NCBI RefSeq assembly: GCF_044324875.1
Contig: NZ_CP172187.1
DNA from: Escherichia coli
GTDB taxonomy: Bacteria; Pseudomonadota; Gammaproteobacteria; Enterobacterales; Enterobacteriaceae
DNA length: 64,000 bases
Strand: one strand, 5' to 3'
This document shows positions 49,473-60,787 of the stretch, piece after piece. The position numbers and the translations under genes are program-made. A model generated the notes under the pieces. The model was not told the origin of the DNA, ran no database searches, and saw only the letters and a program-made list of their open reading frames with translations. Position 1 is the first letter of the stretch, and each line of letters begins with the position of its first letter.

Positions 49473-51119
49473 TCAGTGGTAGTAGCCCGGACCACGCAGG
49501 TTTTCATGCTCTGAAGCATATGCCGGATGTTGTTCGCCCTGGCGGGATAATGGAAGCTCCAGGTTCTCCCGATGGTGACGCAGCAGATTGTCGATAAAGC
49601 GTCTGTCAGGGGCGTTATAGTGCAGGGCAACGTAACAGGCCTTTTCCAGCCGTTCCGGGCCGTATTTTTTCTGAAGTGCCAGCAGCCCCAGAACTGCACG
49701 ATAAGCCAGTTCCGGATGGGGTTTTGCCTTCAGCATGGATTCAACCACCCGGCCTGTGGACGGGCCCGTACGTTTTCCCTGCTCGATCAGGCGTTCCGGT
49801 GTCCATGTCCCGTGCTGCCGGTGGCGCTCTGGCATGTGAAGCGGATTGGTTGTGTGTTTATATTCATGTGTGCTGCGCGGATGTTGCGCCACACACTGCC
49901 CCTTGTGCCAGAGCTGTACCACCGACTGCCCCGCCTTCAGTGACAGACGCTGACCGACCAGTTCGTGTGGAACGGAGTACCAGTGACGGGCATATTCAAC
50001 GTGGTAGTCAGGGCCAACCTTCACAGCTTTGTATTCCGTGTATTCATAAGGTGCCAGAGGCAGCGGAGAGAGTGCTGGCGCATCCAGTATGCGGAAGCGT
50101 TCTGCACGGGTTTGATTGCCGTACCCCTTCATTGGCCGGTTATTCATGTCTGTCAGTAACTCCCTAAGGCGCGCATTCAGCGCCCTGAGCGTGTGGAAGG
50201 TTTCATTACGGATGCGGGCAAGAAGCCATCGTTCAACGATGAGGACGCCGTTTTCTGCTTTTGGTTTATCTTTAGGTTTGCGTGGTCGGGCCGGGATGAT
50301 AACCGTGCCATAGTGCTCAGCCAGTGCCTGATAACTGTCGTTGATGACAGGCTCATATCGATCGGCCTTTTTCACTGCGCTTCTGAGGTTATCGGGGATG
50401 AGCAGCTTCGGTACGCCGCCCAGGAAGGTCAGGCAACGGCTGTGGGCATTTAACCATGACATCATGTCCTGACCTTCGCACGCTTCAACGTAGGTATAGT
50501 TGGACGCCCCCATTACGGCCACGAAGATTGCCACGCGGCGTATCTCACCGGTGTCCGGATTAATAACAGGAACCGTAGGACCACAGAAGTCGATAAAAAG
50601 CTTTTCGCCGGCACGATGCTCCTGGCGCATGGAGAGACGTCGCGTTTTTTTCCACTCCCGGTAGCAACGGCAGAAGTGCGAGTATCCCATCGCTTTGTTA
50701 CCCGCCTGTGCCTTGTATTCCATCCACAACAGTTGCCGCGTCACACCTGGTTTTCTCATTTCCGTATCGAAGTACAACATGTCAGGCATTACAAGCTCTG
50801 ATGCAAAGGTGTCTTTGGGCGGAAAAATGAGTTTCTCCAGCGTGTCATGGGATATATCAGCAGGTAATGGCCATGACAGAGAAGAGGCTTTGAAGCGGGC
50901 AAGAACCTCAAAAACGGTTGAGGCGCTGATGTGTAACGTCAGTCCGATACAACGGTTAGTCAGCTTCTTGTCGAACTTGAGCTGAAGGATCTTAAAACAG
51001 GTTTCCATAGTGCTCCTGGATTTTCTCTTTCTGGACATTGACGTCTCCACTGGTTTAAACACGGCAATGGAGACTGTGGTGAAAAGAGTTAATTCCCGGA
51101 GTGACTGGCAGGATGCCAA
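49473..51119 (-). CDS. istA: IstA-like transposase (start uncertain)
   Basis: 548-aa ORF whose 3' end overlaps istB; HTH-like N-terminus; two-gene arrangement diagnostic of the IS21 family. Confidence 0.75.
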   Translation of the reverse strand: MASCQSLRELTLFTTVSIAVFKPVETSMSRKRKSRSTMETCFKILQLKFDKKLTNRCIGLTLHISASTVFEVLARFKASSLSWPLPADISHDTLEKLIFPPKDTFASELVMPDMLYFDTEMRKPGVTRQLLWMEYKAQAGNKAMGYSHFCRCYREWKKTRRLSMRQEHRAGEKLFIDFCGPTVPVINPDTGEIRRVAIFVAVMGASNYTYVEACEGQDMMSWLNAHSRCLTFLGGVPKLLIPDNLRSAVKKADRYEPVINDSYQALAEHYGTVIIPARPRKPKDKPKAENGVLIVERWLLARIRNETFHTLRALNARLRELLTDMNNRPMKGYGNQTRAERFRILDAPALSPLPLAPYEYTEYKAVKVGPDYHVEYARHWYSVPHELVGQRLSLKAGQSVVQLWHKGQCVAQHPRSTHEYKHTTNPLHMPERHRQHGTWTPERLIEQGKRTGPSTGRVVESMLKAKPHPELAYRAVLGLLALQKKYGPERLEKACYVALHYNAPDRRFIDNLLRHHRENLELPLSRQGEQHPAYASEHENLRGPGYYH

Positions 51120-51347
51120 TCAATGATCGGAAGCATGCCAAATCGTGATCGATTGTGATGCCAAACTGTGATCGGAGATGGATGCCAAATCATGATCGAT
51201 TCGAATGCCAAACTGCGATCGATTCAGATGCCATTTTGCAGCAGGCGGGTATCACCACCGGCATACAGGGTACACCTGGTCTGTTTCTGTGAATTAACCC
51301 CACATCATCCTTTTCTGCCCTGTTCCAGATTTTCCCGGAGTTTCATC

Positions 51348-53546
51348 ATGAGTTTTAACGCAAAGGATATGACCCAGGGCGGTCAGATTGCGTCCATGCG
51401 TATCCGCATGTTCAGCCAGATCGCCAATATCATGCTTTACTGCCTGTTTATTTTTTTCTGGATACTCGTTGGTCTGGTTTTATGGGTAAAAATAAGCTGG
51501 CAGACGTTTGTGAACGGCTGTATTTACTGGTGGTGTACCACGCTGGAAGGCATGCGGGATTTAATCAAGTCCCAGCCAGTATATGAGATTCAGTATTACG
51601 GCAAAACCTTCCGGATGAACGCTGCCCAGGTACTGCATGATAAATATATGATCTGGTGCGGTGAGCAGCTATGGTCCGCATTCGTTCTGGCGTCTGTCGT
51701 GGCCCTGGTTATTTGCCTGATCACCTTCTTTGTTGTCTCCTGGATTCTGGGGCGTCAGGGTAAACAACAGAGCGAAAATGAAGTCACAGGTGGTCGTCAG
51801 CTGACAGACAATCCGAAAGACGTTGCCCGGATGCTGAAAAAAGACGGCAAGGACTCCGATATCCGGATTGGCGACCTGCCGATTATCCGGGATTCCGAAA
51901 TCCAGAACTTCTGTCTGCACGGCACGGTCGGGGCCGGTAAGTCGGAGGTTATCCGTCGTCTGGCCAACTACGCCCGTCAGCGCGGTGATATGGTGGTGAT
52001 TTATGACCGTTCAGGGGAATTTGTTAAAAGTTACTATGATCCCTCCATCGATAAAATCCTGAATCCGCTGGATGCCCGCTGTGCCGCATGGGATTTGTGG
52101 AAGGAGTGCCTGACACAGCCGGATTTTGATAATACCGCAAATACTCTGATCCCTATGGGTACAAAAGAGGACCCGTTCTGGCAGGGTTCAGGACGTACCA
52201 TTTTTGCGGAAGCGGCGTACCTGATGCGTAATGACCCCAACCGCAGCTACAGCAAACTGGTGGACACACTGCTTTCCATCAAAATTGAAAAACTGCGTAC
52301 CTTCCTGCGTAATTCACCGGCAGCCAACCTGGTGGAAGAGAAAATTGAGAAAACGGCGATTTCCATCCGTGCTGTGCTGACCAACTACGTGAAAGCCATC
52401 CGTTACCTGCAGGGGATTGAGCATAACGGTGAGTCTTTTACCATCCGTGACTGGATGCGTGGTGTCCGGGAAGATCAGAAAAACGGCTGGCTGTTTATCT
52501 CGTCGAATGCCGACACCCATGCCTCCCTGAAGCCGGTGATCTCCATGTGGCTGTCCATTGCCATTCGTGGTCTGCTGGCAATGGGAGAAAACCGTAACCG
52601 TCGTGTGTGGTTTTTCTGTGACGAGTTACCCACGTTACACAAACTGCCGGACCTGGTGGAGATCCTGCCGGAAGCCCGTAAGTTCGGAGGCTGTTATGTG
52701 TTTGGTATCCAGTCCTATGCCCAGCTGGAAGATATCTACGGTGAGAAAGCGGCGGCCACGCTGTTTGACGTCATGAACACCCGTGCTTTTTTCCGTTCCC
52801 CGAGCCATAAGATTGCAGAGTTCGCTGCCGGTGAGATTGGTGAGAAAGAGCACCTGAAAGCCAGCGAGCAGTATTCCTACGGTGCTGACCCGGTACGTGA
52901 CGGGGTATCGACCGGTAAGGATATGGAGCGTCAGACACTGGTCAGTTATTCCGACATTCAGTCTCTGCCGGATCTGACCTGCTATGTCACTCTGCCCGGA
53001 CCGTATCCGGCAGTAAAACTCTCCCTGAAATATCAGGCACGACCGAAGGTCGCTCCGGAGTTTATTCCGCGTGACATCAACCCGGAAATGGAGAACCGTC
53101 TGAGTGCCGTACTTGCTGCAAGGGAAGCAGAAGGTCGCCAGATGGCCAGCCTCTTCGAACCGGAGGTTGCCTCCGGAGAAGGCGTGACTCAGGCTGAACA
53201 GCCACAACAGCCACAACAGCCACAACAGCCACAACAGCCACAACAGCCACAACAGCCACAACAGCCAGTGTCTTCTGTCATGAATGATAAGAAGTCAGAT
53301 GCAGGTGTGAGTGTTCCGGCAGGGGGGATCGAGCAGGAGCTGAAAATGAAACCGGAAGAAGAGATGGAACAGCAACTGCCACCCGGGATCAGTGAATCCG
53401 GTGAAGTGGTGGATATGGCCGCTTATGAGGCATGGCAACAGGAAAATCATCCGGACATCCAGCAGCAGATGCAGCGTCGTGAAGAGGTGAACATTAATGT
53501 GCACCGGGAGCGCGGGGAGGATGTTGAGCCGGGAGATGATTTCTGA
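51348..53546 (+). CDS. traD: TraD, type IV coupling protein
   Basis: ORF-track frame 51168..53546; true start [22 protein letters not shown] at 51348; Walker A GTVGAGKS; matches F TraD from memory. Confidence 0.95.
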   Translation: MSFNAKDMTQGGQIASMRIRMFSQIANIMLYCLFIFFWILVGLVLWVKISWQTFVNGCIYWWCTTLEGMRDLIKSQPVYEIQYYGKTFRMNAAQVLHDKYMIWCGEQLWSAFVLASVVALVICLITFFVVSWILGRQGKQQSENEVTGGRQLTDNPKDVARMLKKDGKDSDIRIGDLPIIRDSEIQNFCLHGTVGAGKSEVIRRLANYARQRGDMVVIYDRSGEFVKSYYDPSIDKILNPLDARCAAWDLWKECLTQPDFDNTANTLIPMGTKEDPFWQGSGRTIFAEAAYLMRNDPNRSYSKLVDTLLSIKIEKLRTFLRNSPAANLVEEKIEKTAISIRAVLTNYVKAIRYLQGIEHNGESFTIRDWMRGVREDQKNGWLFISSNADTHASLKPVISMWLSIAIRGLLAMGENRNRRVWFFCDELPTLHKLPDLVEILPEARKFGGCYVFGIQSYAQLEDIYGEKAAATLFDVMNTRAFFRSPSHKIAEFAAGEIGEKEHLKASEQYSYGADPVRDGVSTGKDMERQTLVSYSDIQSLPDLTCYVTLPGPYPAVKLSLKYQARPKVAPEFIPRDINPEMENRLSAVLAAREAEGRQMASLFEPEVASGEGVTQAEQPQQPQQPQQPQQPQQPQQPQQPVSSVMNDKKSDAGVSVPAGGIEQELKMKPEEEMEQQLPPGISESGEVVDMAAYEAWQQENHPDIQQQMQRREEVNINVHRERGEDVEPGDDF
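53199..53261 (+). repeat. 9-bp tandem repeat (CAGCCACAA)x7 encoding the TraD C-terminal (QQP)n tract
   Basis: Counted directly in the sequence. Confidence 0.9.
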
Positions 53547-56500
53547 TGTTGAGTTTTAGCGTTGTTAAATCGGCAGGCAGTGCCGGAAACTATTACACCG
53601 ACAAGGATAATTACTATGTGCTGGGTAGCATGGGAGAACGCTGGGCCGGTCAGGGGGCTGAACAGCTTGGGCTGCAGGGCAGCGTCGATAAGGATGTTTT
53701 TACCCGTCTTCTGGAGGGCAGGCTGCCGGACGGGGCGGATTTAAGCCGCATGCAGGATGGCAGTAATAAGCATCGTCCCGGCTACGACCTGACCTTCTCC
53801 GCCCCCAAAAGTGTCTCCATGATGGCCATGCTCGGGGGGGATAAACGTCTTATTGATGCACATAACCAGGCTGTGGATTTTGCTGTCCGTCAGGTGGAGG
53901 CGCTGGCTTCCACACGGGTGATGACGGACGGACAGTCAGAAACGGTGCTGACCGGTAATCTGGTGATGGCACTGTTTAACCATGACACCAGTCGCGATCA
54001 GGACCCACAGTTACACACGCATGTGGTGGTGGCTAATGTCACGCAGCATAACGGCGAGTGGAAGACACTGAGCAGTGACAAAGTGGGGAAAACCGGATTT
54101 TCCGAGAACGTGCTCGCGAACCGGATTGCGTTCGGGAAAATATATCAGAGTGAGTTACGTCAGCGCGTTGAGGCGCTGGGTTATGAAACCGAAGTGGTCG
54201 GTAAGCACGGTATGTGGGAGATGCCGGGCGTACCGGTGGAGGCCTTTTCCGGACGCTCACAGGCTATCCGGGAGGCCGTCGGGGAAGATGCCTCGCTGAA
54301 ATCCCGGGATGTGGCGGCACTGGATACGCGAAAATCCAAACAGCACGTCGATCCGGAAATCAGAATGGCTGAATGGATGCAGACGCTGAAGGAAACCGGG
54401 TTCGACATCCGGGCATATCGTGACGCGGCGGATCAGCGTGCGGAGACCCGCACGCAGGCGCCCGGGGCTGTTTCACAGGAGGGGCCGGATGTGCAGCAGG
54501 CGGTGACACAGGCCATTGCCGGATTAAGTGAACGAAAAGTGCAGTTCACGTATACGGACGTGCTGGCCAGGACGGTCGGCATACTGCCGCCGGAAAATGG
54601 TGTGATTGAACGGGCACGCGCCGGTATCGATGAGGCCATCAGCCGTGAGCAGCTTGTCCCCCTCGATCGTGAGAAGGGGCTGTTCACGTCCGGGATTCAT
54701 GTGCTCGATGAGCTGTCAGTCCGGGCACTCAGTCGTGACATCATGAAACAGAACCGGGTGACCGTACATCCGGAGAAAAGTGTCCCCCGGACGGCCGGTT
54801 ACAGCGATGCCGTCAGTGTTCTGGCACAGGATCGCCCGTCGCTGGCCATTGTGTCCGGGCAGGGCGGTGCAGCCGGGCAGCGTGAGCGGGTGGCTGAACT
54901 GGTCATGATGGCCCGGGAGCAGGGGCGGGAGGTGCAGATTATCGCTGCTGACCGTCGCTCGCAGATGAACCTGAAGCAGGATGAACGGCTGTCCGGTGAG
55001 CTGATAACCGGACGTCGTCAGCTGCAGGAGGGCATGGTCTTCACGCCGGGCAGTACCGTTATCGTTGACCAGGGCGAAAAACTCTCCCTGAAAGAGACGT
55101 TAACCCTGCTGGACGGTGCCGCACGTCATAACGTACAGGTCCTGATAACCGACAGCGGGCAGCGAACCGGTACAGGCAGTGCGCTGATGGCCATGAAGGA
55201 TGCCGGGGTGAACACGTATCGCTGGCAGGGCGGAGAACAGCGACCGGCCACCATCATCAGTGAACCGGACCGGAATGTCCGCTATGACCGGCTGGCCGGA
55301 GATTTTGCGGCCAGCGTGAAAGCCGGAGAAGAGAGCGTGGCACAGGTCAGCGGGGTACGGGAACAGGCCATACTGACACAGGCCATTCGCAGTGAGCTGA
55401 AAACACAGGGCGTGCTCGGACACCCGGAGGTGACCATGACCGCCCTGTCACCGGTCTGGCTGGACAGCCGGAGCCGTTATCTGCGGGATATGTACCGACC
55501 GGGGATGGTGATGGAGCAGTGGAACCCGGAGACACGCAGTCATGACCGCTATGTTATCGACCGGGTGACGGCGCAGAGTCACAGCCTGACCCTGCGGGAT
55601 GCGCAGGGCGAAACGCAGGTGGTGCGTATTTCCTCCCTGGACAGCAGCTGGTCGCTGTTCCGGCCGGAAAAAATGCCGGTGGCAGACGGCGAGCGACTGA
55701 GGGTGACAGGGAAAATTCCCGGACTCCGCGTCTCCGGCGGTGACCGCCTGCAGGTGGCATCCGTCAGTGAAGATGCGATGACGGTTGTTGTGCCGGGGCG
55801 GGCTGAACCGGCCACCCTGCCTGTGGCTGATTCACCGTTCACGGCACTGAAGCTGGAGAACGGCTGGGTGGAAACGCCCGGGCATTCCGTCAGCGACAGT
55901 GCGAAGGTTTTTGCCTCCGTCACACAGATGGCAATGGACAACGCCACCCTGAACGGTCTGGCCCGCAGTGGTCGTGATGTCCGGCTGTATTCTTCACTGG
56001 ATGAAACCCGTACTGCGGAAAAACTTGCCCGCCATCCCTCCTTTACGGTGGTTTCTGAGCAGATAAAGGCGCGTGCCGGTGAGACATTGCTGGAAACCGC
56101 TATCAGTCTGCAGAAAGCCGGGCTTCACACGCCGGCACAGCAGGCTATTCATCTGGCCCTTCCTGTGCTGGAAAGTAAAAACCTGGCCTTCAGCATGGTG
56201 GACCTGCTGACAGAGGCGAAGTCGTTTGCTGCAGAAGGAACCAGTTTTACTGAACTGGGAGGGGAAATCAATGCGCAGATAAAACGCGGTGATTTACTGT
56301 ATGTGGATGTGGCAAAAGGCTATGGCACAGGCCTGCTGGTTTCCCGTGCGTCGTATGAGGCAGAAAAGAGCATTCTTCGCCATATTCTCGAAGGTAAGGA
56401 GGCGGTCACGCCGCTGATGGAGAGAGTACCTGGCGAACTCATGGAGAAACTGACATCAGGACAGCGTGCCGCCACCCGCATGATACTGGAAACGTCCGAC

Positions 56501-58816
56501 CGTTTCACGGTGGTGCAGGGCTATGCCGGTGTGGGTAAGACCACACAGTTCCGGGCGGTGATGTCAGCCGTGAACATGCTGCCGGAGAGTGAGCGTCCCC
56601 GTGTCGTTGGGCTGGGTCCCACGCACCGCGCGGTCGGGGAGATGCGCAGCGCCGGCGTGGATGCACAGACACTGGCGTCCTTTCTGCATGACACGCAGCT
56701 GCAGCAGCGCAGCGGAGAAACGCCGGATTTCAGCAACACGCTGTTCCTGCTCGATGAGAGCTCAATGGTGGGCAATACCGACATGGCACGGGCATACGCC
56801 CTGATTGCGGCCGGTGGCGGTCGTGCTGTGGCCAGCGGTGACACGGACCAGCTGCAGGCCATCGCGCCCGGTCAGCCTTTCCGTCTCCAGCAGACGCGCA
56901 GTGCTGCCGATGTGGTCATCATGAAGGAGATTGTGCGTCAGACGCCGGAACTGCGGGAGGCGGTATACAGCCTGATTAACCGGGATGTGGAAAGGGCACT
57001 GTCCGGGCTTGAGAGTGTGAAACCGTCTCAGGTTCCCCGTCAGGAGGGCGCATGGGCACCGGAGCACTCCGTGACGGAGTTCAGTCACAGCCAGGAAGCG
57101 AAACTGGCAGAAGCGCAGCAGAAGGCGATGCTGAAAGGCGAGGCTTTCCCGGATATCCCCATGACACTGTATGAAGCCATTGTCCGCGACTATACCGGCA
57201 GGACACCGGAAGCACGGGAGCAGACGCTGATTGTCACACACCTGAATGAGGACCGGCGCGTACTGAACAGCATGATTCATGATGCACGGGAAAAGGCCGG
57301 TGAGCTGGGCAAAGAGCAGGTCATGGTGCCTGTCCTGAACACAGCGAATATACGTGACGGAGAACTGCGTCGTCTCTCCACCTGGGAGAATAACCCGGAT
57401 GCCCTTGCCCTGGTGGATAGTGTGTATCACCGGATTGCCGGTATCAGCAAGGATGACGGGCTGATAACCCTGCAGGATGCGGAAGGTAACACGCGGCTGA
57501 TTTCGCCCCGGGAGGCGGTGGCTGAAGGCGTCACACTGTACACCCCGGACACCATCCGGGTGGGAACCGGTGACCGGATGCGCTTCACGAAGAGTGACCG
57601 GGAGCGCGGTTATGTGGCCAACAGCGTCTGGACGGTGACAGCGGTTTTAGGTGACAGTGTCACGTTGTCGGACGGACAGCAGACCCGGGTGATTCGCCCC
57701 GGTCAGGAGCGGGCAGAGCAACATATTGACCTGGCTTATGCCATCACCGCCCACGGTGCGCAGGGGGCAAGTGAAACCTTTGCCATCGCGCTTGAAGGCA
57801 CGGAAGGTAACCGGAAACTGATGGCAGGCTTTGAGTCAGCTTATGTAGCCCTGTCGCGTATGAAGCAGCATGTGCAGGTGTACACCGATAACCGTCAGGG
57901 CTGGACGGATGCCATCAACAATGCCGTACAGAAAGGAACTGCCCACGATGTGTTTGAACCGAAACCGGACCGGGAGGTCATGAATGCAGAGCGGCTGTTC
58001 AGTACGGCGCGGGAGCTGCGGGACGTGGCGGCAGGCCGTGCCGTTCTTCGTCAGGCGGGACTTGCCGGGGGAGACAGTCCTGCACGGTTTATTGCTCCGG
58101 GACGTAAATATCCGCAACCGTATGTGGCACTGCCGGCTTTTGACCGTAACGGCAGGTCCGCCGGTATCTGGCTGAACCCGCTGACCACGGATGACGGAAA
58201 CGGGCTGCGGGGATTCAGCGGTGAAGGCCGGGTGAAAGGCAGCGGGGATGCACAGTTTGTGGCCCTGCAGGGCAGCCGTAACGGAGAGAGCCTGCTGGCT
58301 GATAATATGCAGGATGGTGTCCGGATTGCCCGTGATAATCCTGACAGCGGTGTGGTGGTGAGAATCGCCGGTGAAGGCCGTCCGTGGAATCCCGGTGCCA
58401 TCACCGGTGGTCGCGTGTGGGGGGATATCCCGGACAACAGCGTCCAGCCGGGGGCCGGAAATGGTGAACCGGTTACAGCTGAAGTGCTGGCACAGCGGCA
58501 GGCTGAAGAGGCCATCCGCCGTGAAACGGAACGTCGCGCAGATGAAATTGTCCGTAAAATGGCAGAGAACAAACCTGACCTGCCGGATGGCAGAACAGAG
58601 CAGGCTGTCAGGGAGATTGCCGGGCAGGAGCGTGACCGGGCTGCCATAACTGAACGGGAAGCCGCGCTGCCGGAGAGTGTGCTGCGTGAATCACAACGGG
58701 AGCGGGAAGCGGTCCGGGAGGTTGCCCGGGAAAATCTGCTGCAGGAGCGTCTGCAGCAGATGGAGCGGGATATGGTCCGTGACCTGCAGAAAGAGAAAAC
58801 CCTGGGCGGAGACTGA
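53546..58816 (+). CDS. traI: TraI, relaxase-helicase
   Basis: 1756 aa; start overlaps the traD stop; matches F TraI from memory. Confidence 0.95.
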   Translation: MLSFSVVKSAGSAGNYYTDKDNYYVLGSMGERWAGQGAEQLGLQGSVDKDVFTRLLEGRLPDGADLSRMQDGSNKHRPGYDLTFSAPKSVSMMAMLGGDKRLIDAHNQAVDFAVRQVEALASTRVMTDGQSETVLTGNLVMALFNHDTSRDQDPQLHTHVVVANVTQHNGEWKTLSSDKVGKTGFSENVLANRIAFGKIYQSELRQRVEALGYETEVVGKHGMWEMPGVPVEAFSGRSQAIREAVGEDASLKSRDVAALDTRKSKQHVDPEIRMAEWMQTLKETGFDIRAYRDAADQRAETRTQAPGAVSQEGPDVQQAVTQAIAGLSERKVQFTYTDVLARTVGILPPENGVIERARAGIDEAISREQLVPLDREKGLFTSGIHVLDELSVRALSRDIMKQNRVTVHPEKSVPRTAGYSDAVSVLAQDRPSLAIVSGQGGAAGQRERVAELVMMAREQGREVQIIAADRRSQMNLKQDERLSGELITGRRQLQEGMVFTPGSTVIVDQGEKLSLKETLTLLDGAARHNVQVLITDSGQRTGTGSALMAMKDAGVNTYRWQGGEQRPATIISEPDRNVRYDRLAGDFAASVKAGEESVAQVSGVREQAILTQAIRSELKTQGVLGHPEVTMTALSPVWLDSRSRYLRDMYRPGMVMEQWNPETRSHDRYVIDRVTAQSHSLTLRDAQGETQVVRISSLDSSWSLFRPEKMPVADGERLRVTGKIPGLRVSGGDRLQVASVSEDAMTVVVPGRAEPATLPVADSPFTALKLENGWVETPGHSVSDSAKVFASVTQMAMDNATLNGLARSGRDVRLYSSLDETRTAEKLARHPSFTVVSEQIKARAGETLLETAISLQKAGLHTPAQQAIHLALPVLESKNLAFSMVDLLTEAKSFAAEGTSFTELGGEINAQIKRGDLLYVDVAKGYGTGLLVSRASYEAEKSILRHILEGKEAVTPLMERVPGELMEKLTSGQRAATRMILETSDRFTVVQGYAGVGKTTQFRAVMSAVNMLPESERPRVVGLGPTHRAVGEMRSAGVDAQTLASFLHDTQLQQRSGETPDFSNTLFLLDESSMVGNTDMARAYALIAAGGGRAVASGDTDQLQAIAPGQPFRLQQTRSAADVVIMKEIVRQTPELREAVYSLINRDVERALSGLESVKPSQVPRQEGAWAPEHSVTEFSHSQEAKLAEAQQKAMLKGEAFPDIPMTLYEAIVRDYTGRTPEAREQTLIVTHLNEDRRVLNSMIHDAREKAGELGKEQVMVPVLNTANIRDGELRRLSTWENNPDALALVDSVYHRIAGISKDDGLITLQDAEGNTRLISPREAVAEGVTLYTPDTIRVGTGDRMRFTKSDRERGYVANSVWTVTAVLGDSVTLSDGQQTRVIRPGQERAEQHIDLAYAITAHGAQGASETFAIALEGTEGNRKLMAGFESAYVALSRMKQHVQVYTDNRQGWTDAINNAVQKGTAHDVFEPKPDREVMNAERLFSTARELRDVAAGRAVLRQAGLAGGDSPARFIAPGRKYPQPYVALPAFDRNGRSAGIWLNPLTTDDGNGLRGFSGEGRVKGSGDAQFVALQGSRNGESLLADNMQDGVRIARDNPDSGVVVRIAGEGRPWNPGAITGGRVWGDIPDNSVQPGAGNGEPVTAEVLAQRQAEEAIRRETERRADEIVRKMAENKPDLPDGRTEQAVREIAGQERDRAAITEREAALPESVLRESQREREAVREVARENLLQERLQQMERDMVRDLQKEKTLGGD

Positions 58817-58835
58817 TACAGGAAGACAAACACTG

Positions 58836-59582
58836 ATGACAACGGATAACACGAATACGACACGTAACGATTCACTGGCTGCACGGACCGATACCTGGTT
58901 GCAGTCGTTTCTGGTCTGGTCACCCGGACAGCGGGATATCATCAAAACGGTGGCACTGGTGCTGATGGTACTGGACCACATCAATCTGATATTCCAGCTG
59001 AAGCAGGAATGGATGTTTCTGGCCGGGCGAGGAGCCTTTCCGCTGTTTGCCCTGGTGTGGGGGCTGAATCTGTCCCGTCATGCGCATATCCGGCAACCGG
59101 CCATTAACCGGCTGTGGGGATGGGGAATTATTGCCCAGTTCGCATATTATCTGGCCGGCTTTCCCTGGTATGAGGGGAATATCCTGTTTGCCTTTGCAGT
59201 GGCGGCACAGGTGCTGACGTGGTGTGAAACGCGCAGTGGGTGGCGTACAGCAGCGGCCATTCTTCTGATGGCCCTGTGGGGGCCCTTGTCCGGCACCAGT
59301 TACGGCATTGCCGGGCTGCTGATGCTGGCAGTCAGCCACCGGCTGTACCGGGCGGAAGACAGAGCGGAACGTCTGGCGCTGGTCGCCTGCCTGCTGGCTG
59401 TTATTCCGGCGCTTAACCTTGCCACCAGTGATGCAGCGGCGGTGGCCGGTCTTGTGATGACGGTGCTGACCGTTGGTCTGGTGTCGTGTGCAGGAAAATC
59501 ATTACCCCGTTTCTGGCCCGGGGATTTTTTCCCGGTATTCTACGCCTGTCATCTGGCTGTGCTGGGCGTTCTGGCGCCGTGA
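58836..59582 (+). CDS. traX: TraX, pilin N-acetylase
   Basis: ORF-track frame 58677..59582; ATG at 58836 (MTTDNTNTTRNDS...) gives a 248-aa membrane protein. Confidence 0.85.
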   Translation: MTTDNTNTTRNDSLAARTDTWLQSFLVWSPGQRDIIKTVALVLMVLDHINLIFQLKQEWMFLAGRGAFPLFALVWGLNLSRHAHIRQPAINRLWGWGIIAQFAYYLAGFPWYEGNILFAFAVAAQVLTWCETRSGWRTAAAILLMALWGPLSGTSYGIAGLLMLAVSHRLYRAEDRAERLALVACLLAVIPALNLATSDAAAVAGLVMTVLTVGLVSCAGKSLPRFWPGDFFPVFYACHLAVLGVLAP

Positions 59583-59636
59583 CGGGTGTGGTATCTTTGA
59601 CCGTAACAGGATGATTCGTCAGAGGCAGAACACAGC

Positions 59637-60197
59637 ATGACAGAGCAGAAGCGACCGGTACTGACACTGAAGCGGAAAACGGAAGGGGAGACGCCTGTCC
59701 GCAGCCGGAAAACCATCATCAATGTCACCACGCCACCAAAGTGGAAGGTGAAAAAGCAGAAGCTGGCCGAGAAAGCAGCCCGGGAAGCAGAGCTGGCGGC
59801 AAAAAAAGCGCAGGCCAGACAGGCACTGTCCATTTATCTGAACCTGCCCACGCTGGATGAGGCCGTGAATACCCTGAAACCCTGGTGGCCGGGATTGTTT
59901 GACGGTGACACGCCCCGGCTTCTGGCCTGCGGTATCCGGGACGTGTTACTGGAAGACGTGGCGCAGCGGAATATCCCGCTCTCGCATAAAAAACTGCGCA
60001 GGGCGCTGAAGGCCATCACCCGTTCAGAAAGCTATCTGTGTGCCATGAAAGCCGGTGCCTGCCGGTATGACACGGAAGGGTATGTGACGGAGCATATTTC
60101 TCAGGAGGAGGAAGCGTATGCGGCAGCGCGTCTGGATAAAATCCGCCGCCAGAACCGGATAAAGGCAGAACTTCAGGCCGTGCTTGATGAGAAATAA
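59637..60197 (+). CDS. finO: FinO, RNA chaperone for fertility inhibition; intact
   Basis: 186 aa, basic N-terminus; uninterrupted. Confidence 0.9.
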   Translation: MTEQKRPVLTLKRKTEGETPVRSRKTIINVTTPPKWKVKKQKLAEKAAREAELAAKKAQARQALSIYLNLPTLDEAVNTLKPWWPGLFDGDTPRLLACGIRDVLLEDVAQRNIPLSHKKLRRALKAITRSESYLCAMKAGACRYDTEGYVTEHISQEEEAYAAARLDKIRRQNRIKAELQAVLDEK

Positions 60198-60327
60198 AAA
60201 AGCCTCCGTCAGAGAGAGGAGGCAGGGAAATAAGGCTTAAAGGAAATAACTTCCGTACCCAAAAGGAAATCGGTCCACTGAATTATTTAACACCATAATG
60301 CTGACGGGTTAAAGAGGAGTGATAAAG

Positions 60328-60540
60328 ATGAATGGATTCAGAAACAGTTCACGGAACGGTCAGGTCTGGCGCTGGCAGCGTGCCGGAAGCCGGGCCGTTA
60401 TTCTGGAGGTCAGTGGACGCTGGATGGAAGCGGCAGAAGCATGGCGACGGGCTGCCGGTGTTGCACCCCGGACAGACTGGCAGCAGTTTGCCCGAAAAAG
60501 GGCTGAACAATGCCACCGACGCTGCCGGGGAAGGGTGTAA
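60328..60540 (+). CDS. Hypothetical small Arg/Trp-rich protein
   Basis: Short ORF; could be spurious. Confidence 0.3.
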   Translation: MNGFRNSSRNGQVWRWQRAGSRAVILEVSGRWMEAAEAWRRAAGVAPRTDWQQFARKRAEQCHRRCRGRV

Positions 60541-60787
60541 CGAAAAAGCAGCCTTCATTACTCCAGGGATTCAGAAGGCTGAATAATGCATGAGATTTGC
60601 TTTTTTTAATATCCGGTCGGGCAGTATGACCGGACAGTTCTGAGTAGCACAGAGTTTTTTCCGTATTAAGTCGTGATTTTATATTTTGTGATTAATTTCG
60701 CAAAATAAGGTGTTATTCAGTGTGTGCTGCGATATTCAGGATTACCTGAAATACAGGTGCCATTTATCTGATATGGAGAATAATATG

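Larger units (their letters stand above)
48602..51242 (-). mobile_element. IS21-family insertion sequence (istA-istB), about 2.6 kb; ends approximate
   Basis: Two overlapping minus-strand ORFs (transposase plus AAA+ helper) flanked by multiple terminal repeats: four copies of ATGCCAAA(Y)(Y)G(Y)GATCGA at 51130-51230 and inverted copies (TCGATCACGGATTGGCAT etc.) at 48618-48680. Confidence 0.8.

Noticed and set aside
49473-51119. Identification of the insertion sequence as IS100
   Set aside because: The transposase here is ~510-548 aa and does not match the ~340-aa IS100 IstA as I recall it. Only the family (IS21, two-gene istA/istB with multiple terminal repeats) is supported.
56762-58923. Minus-strand ORFs of 222 and 290 aa inside traI
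   Set aside because: Antisense to traI; typical spurious open frames in GC-rich coding sequence.
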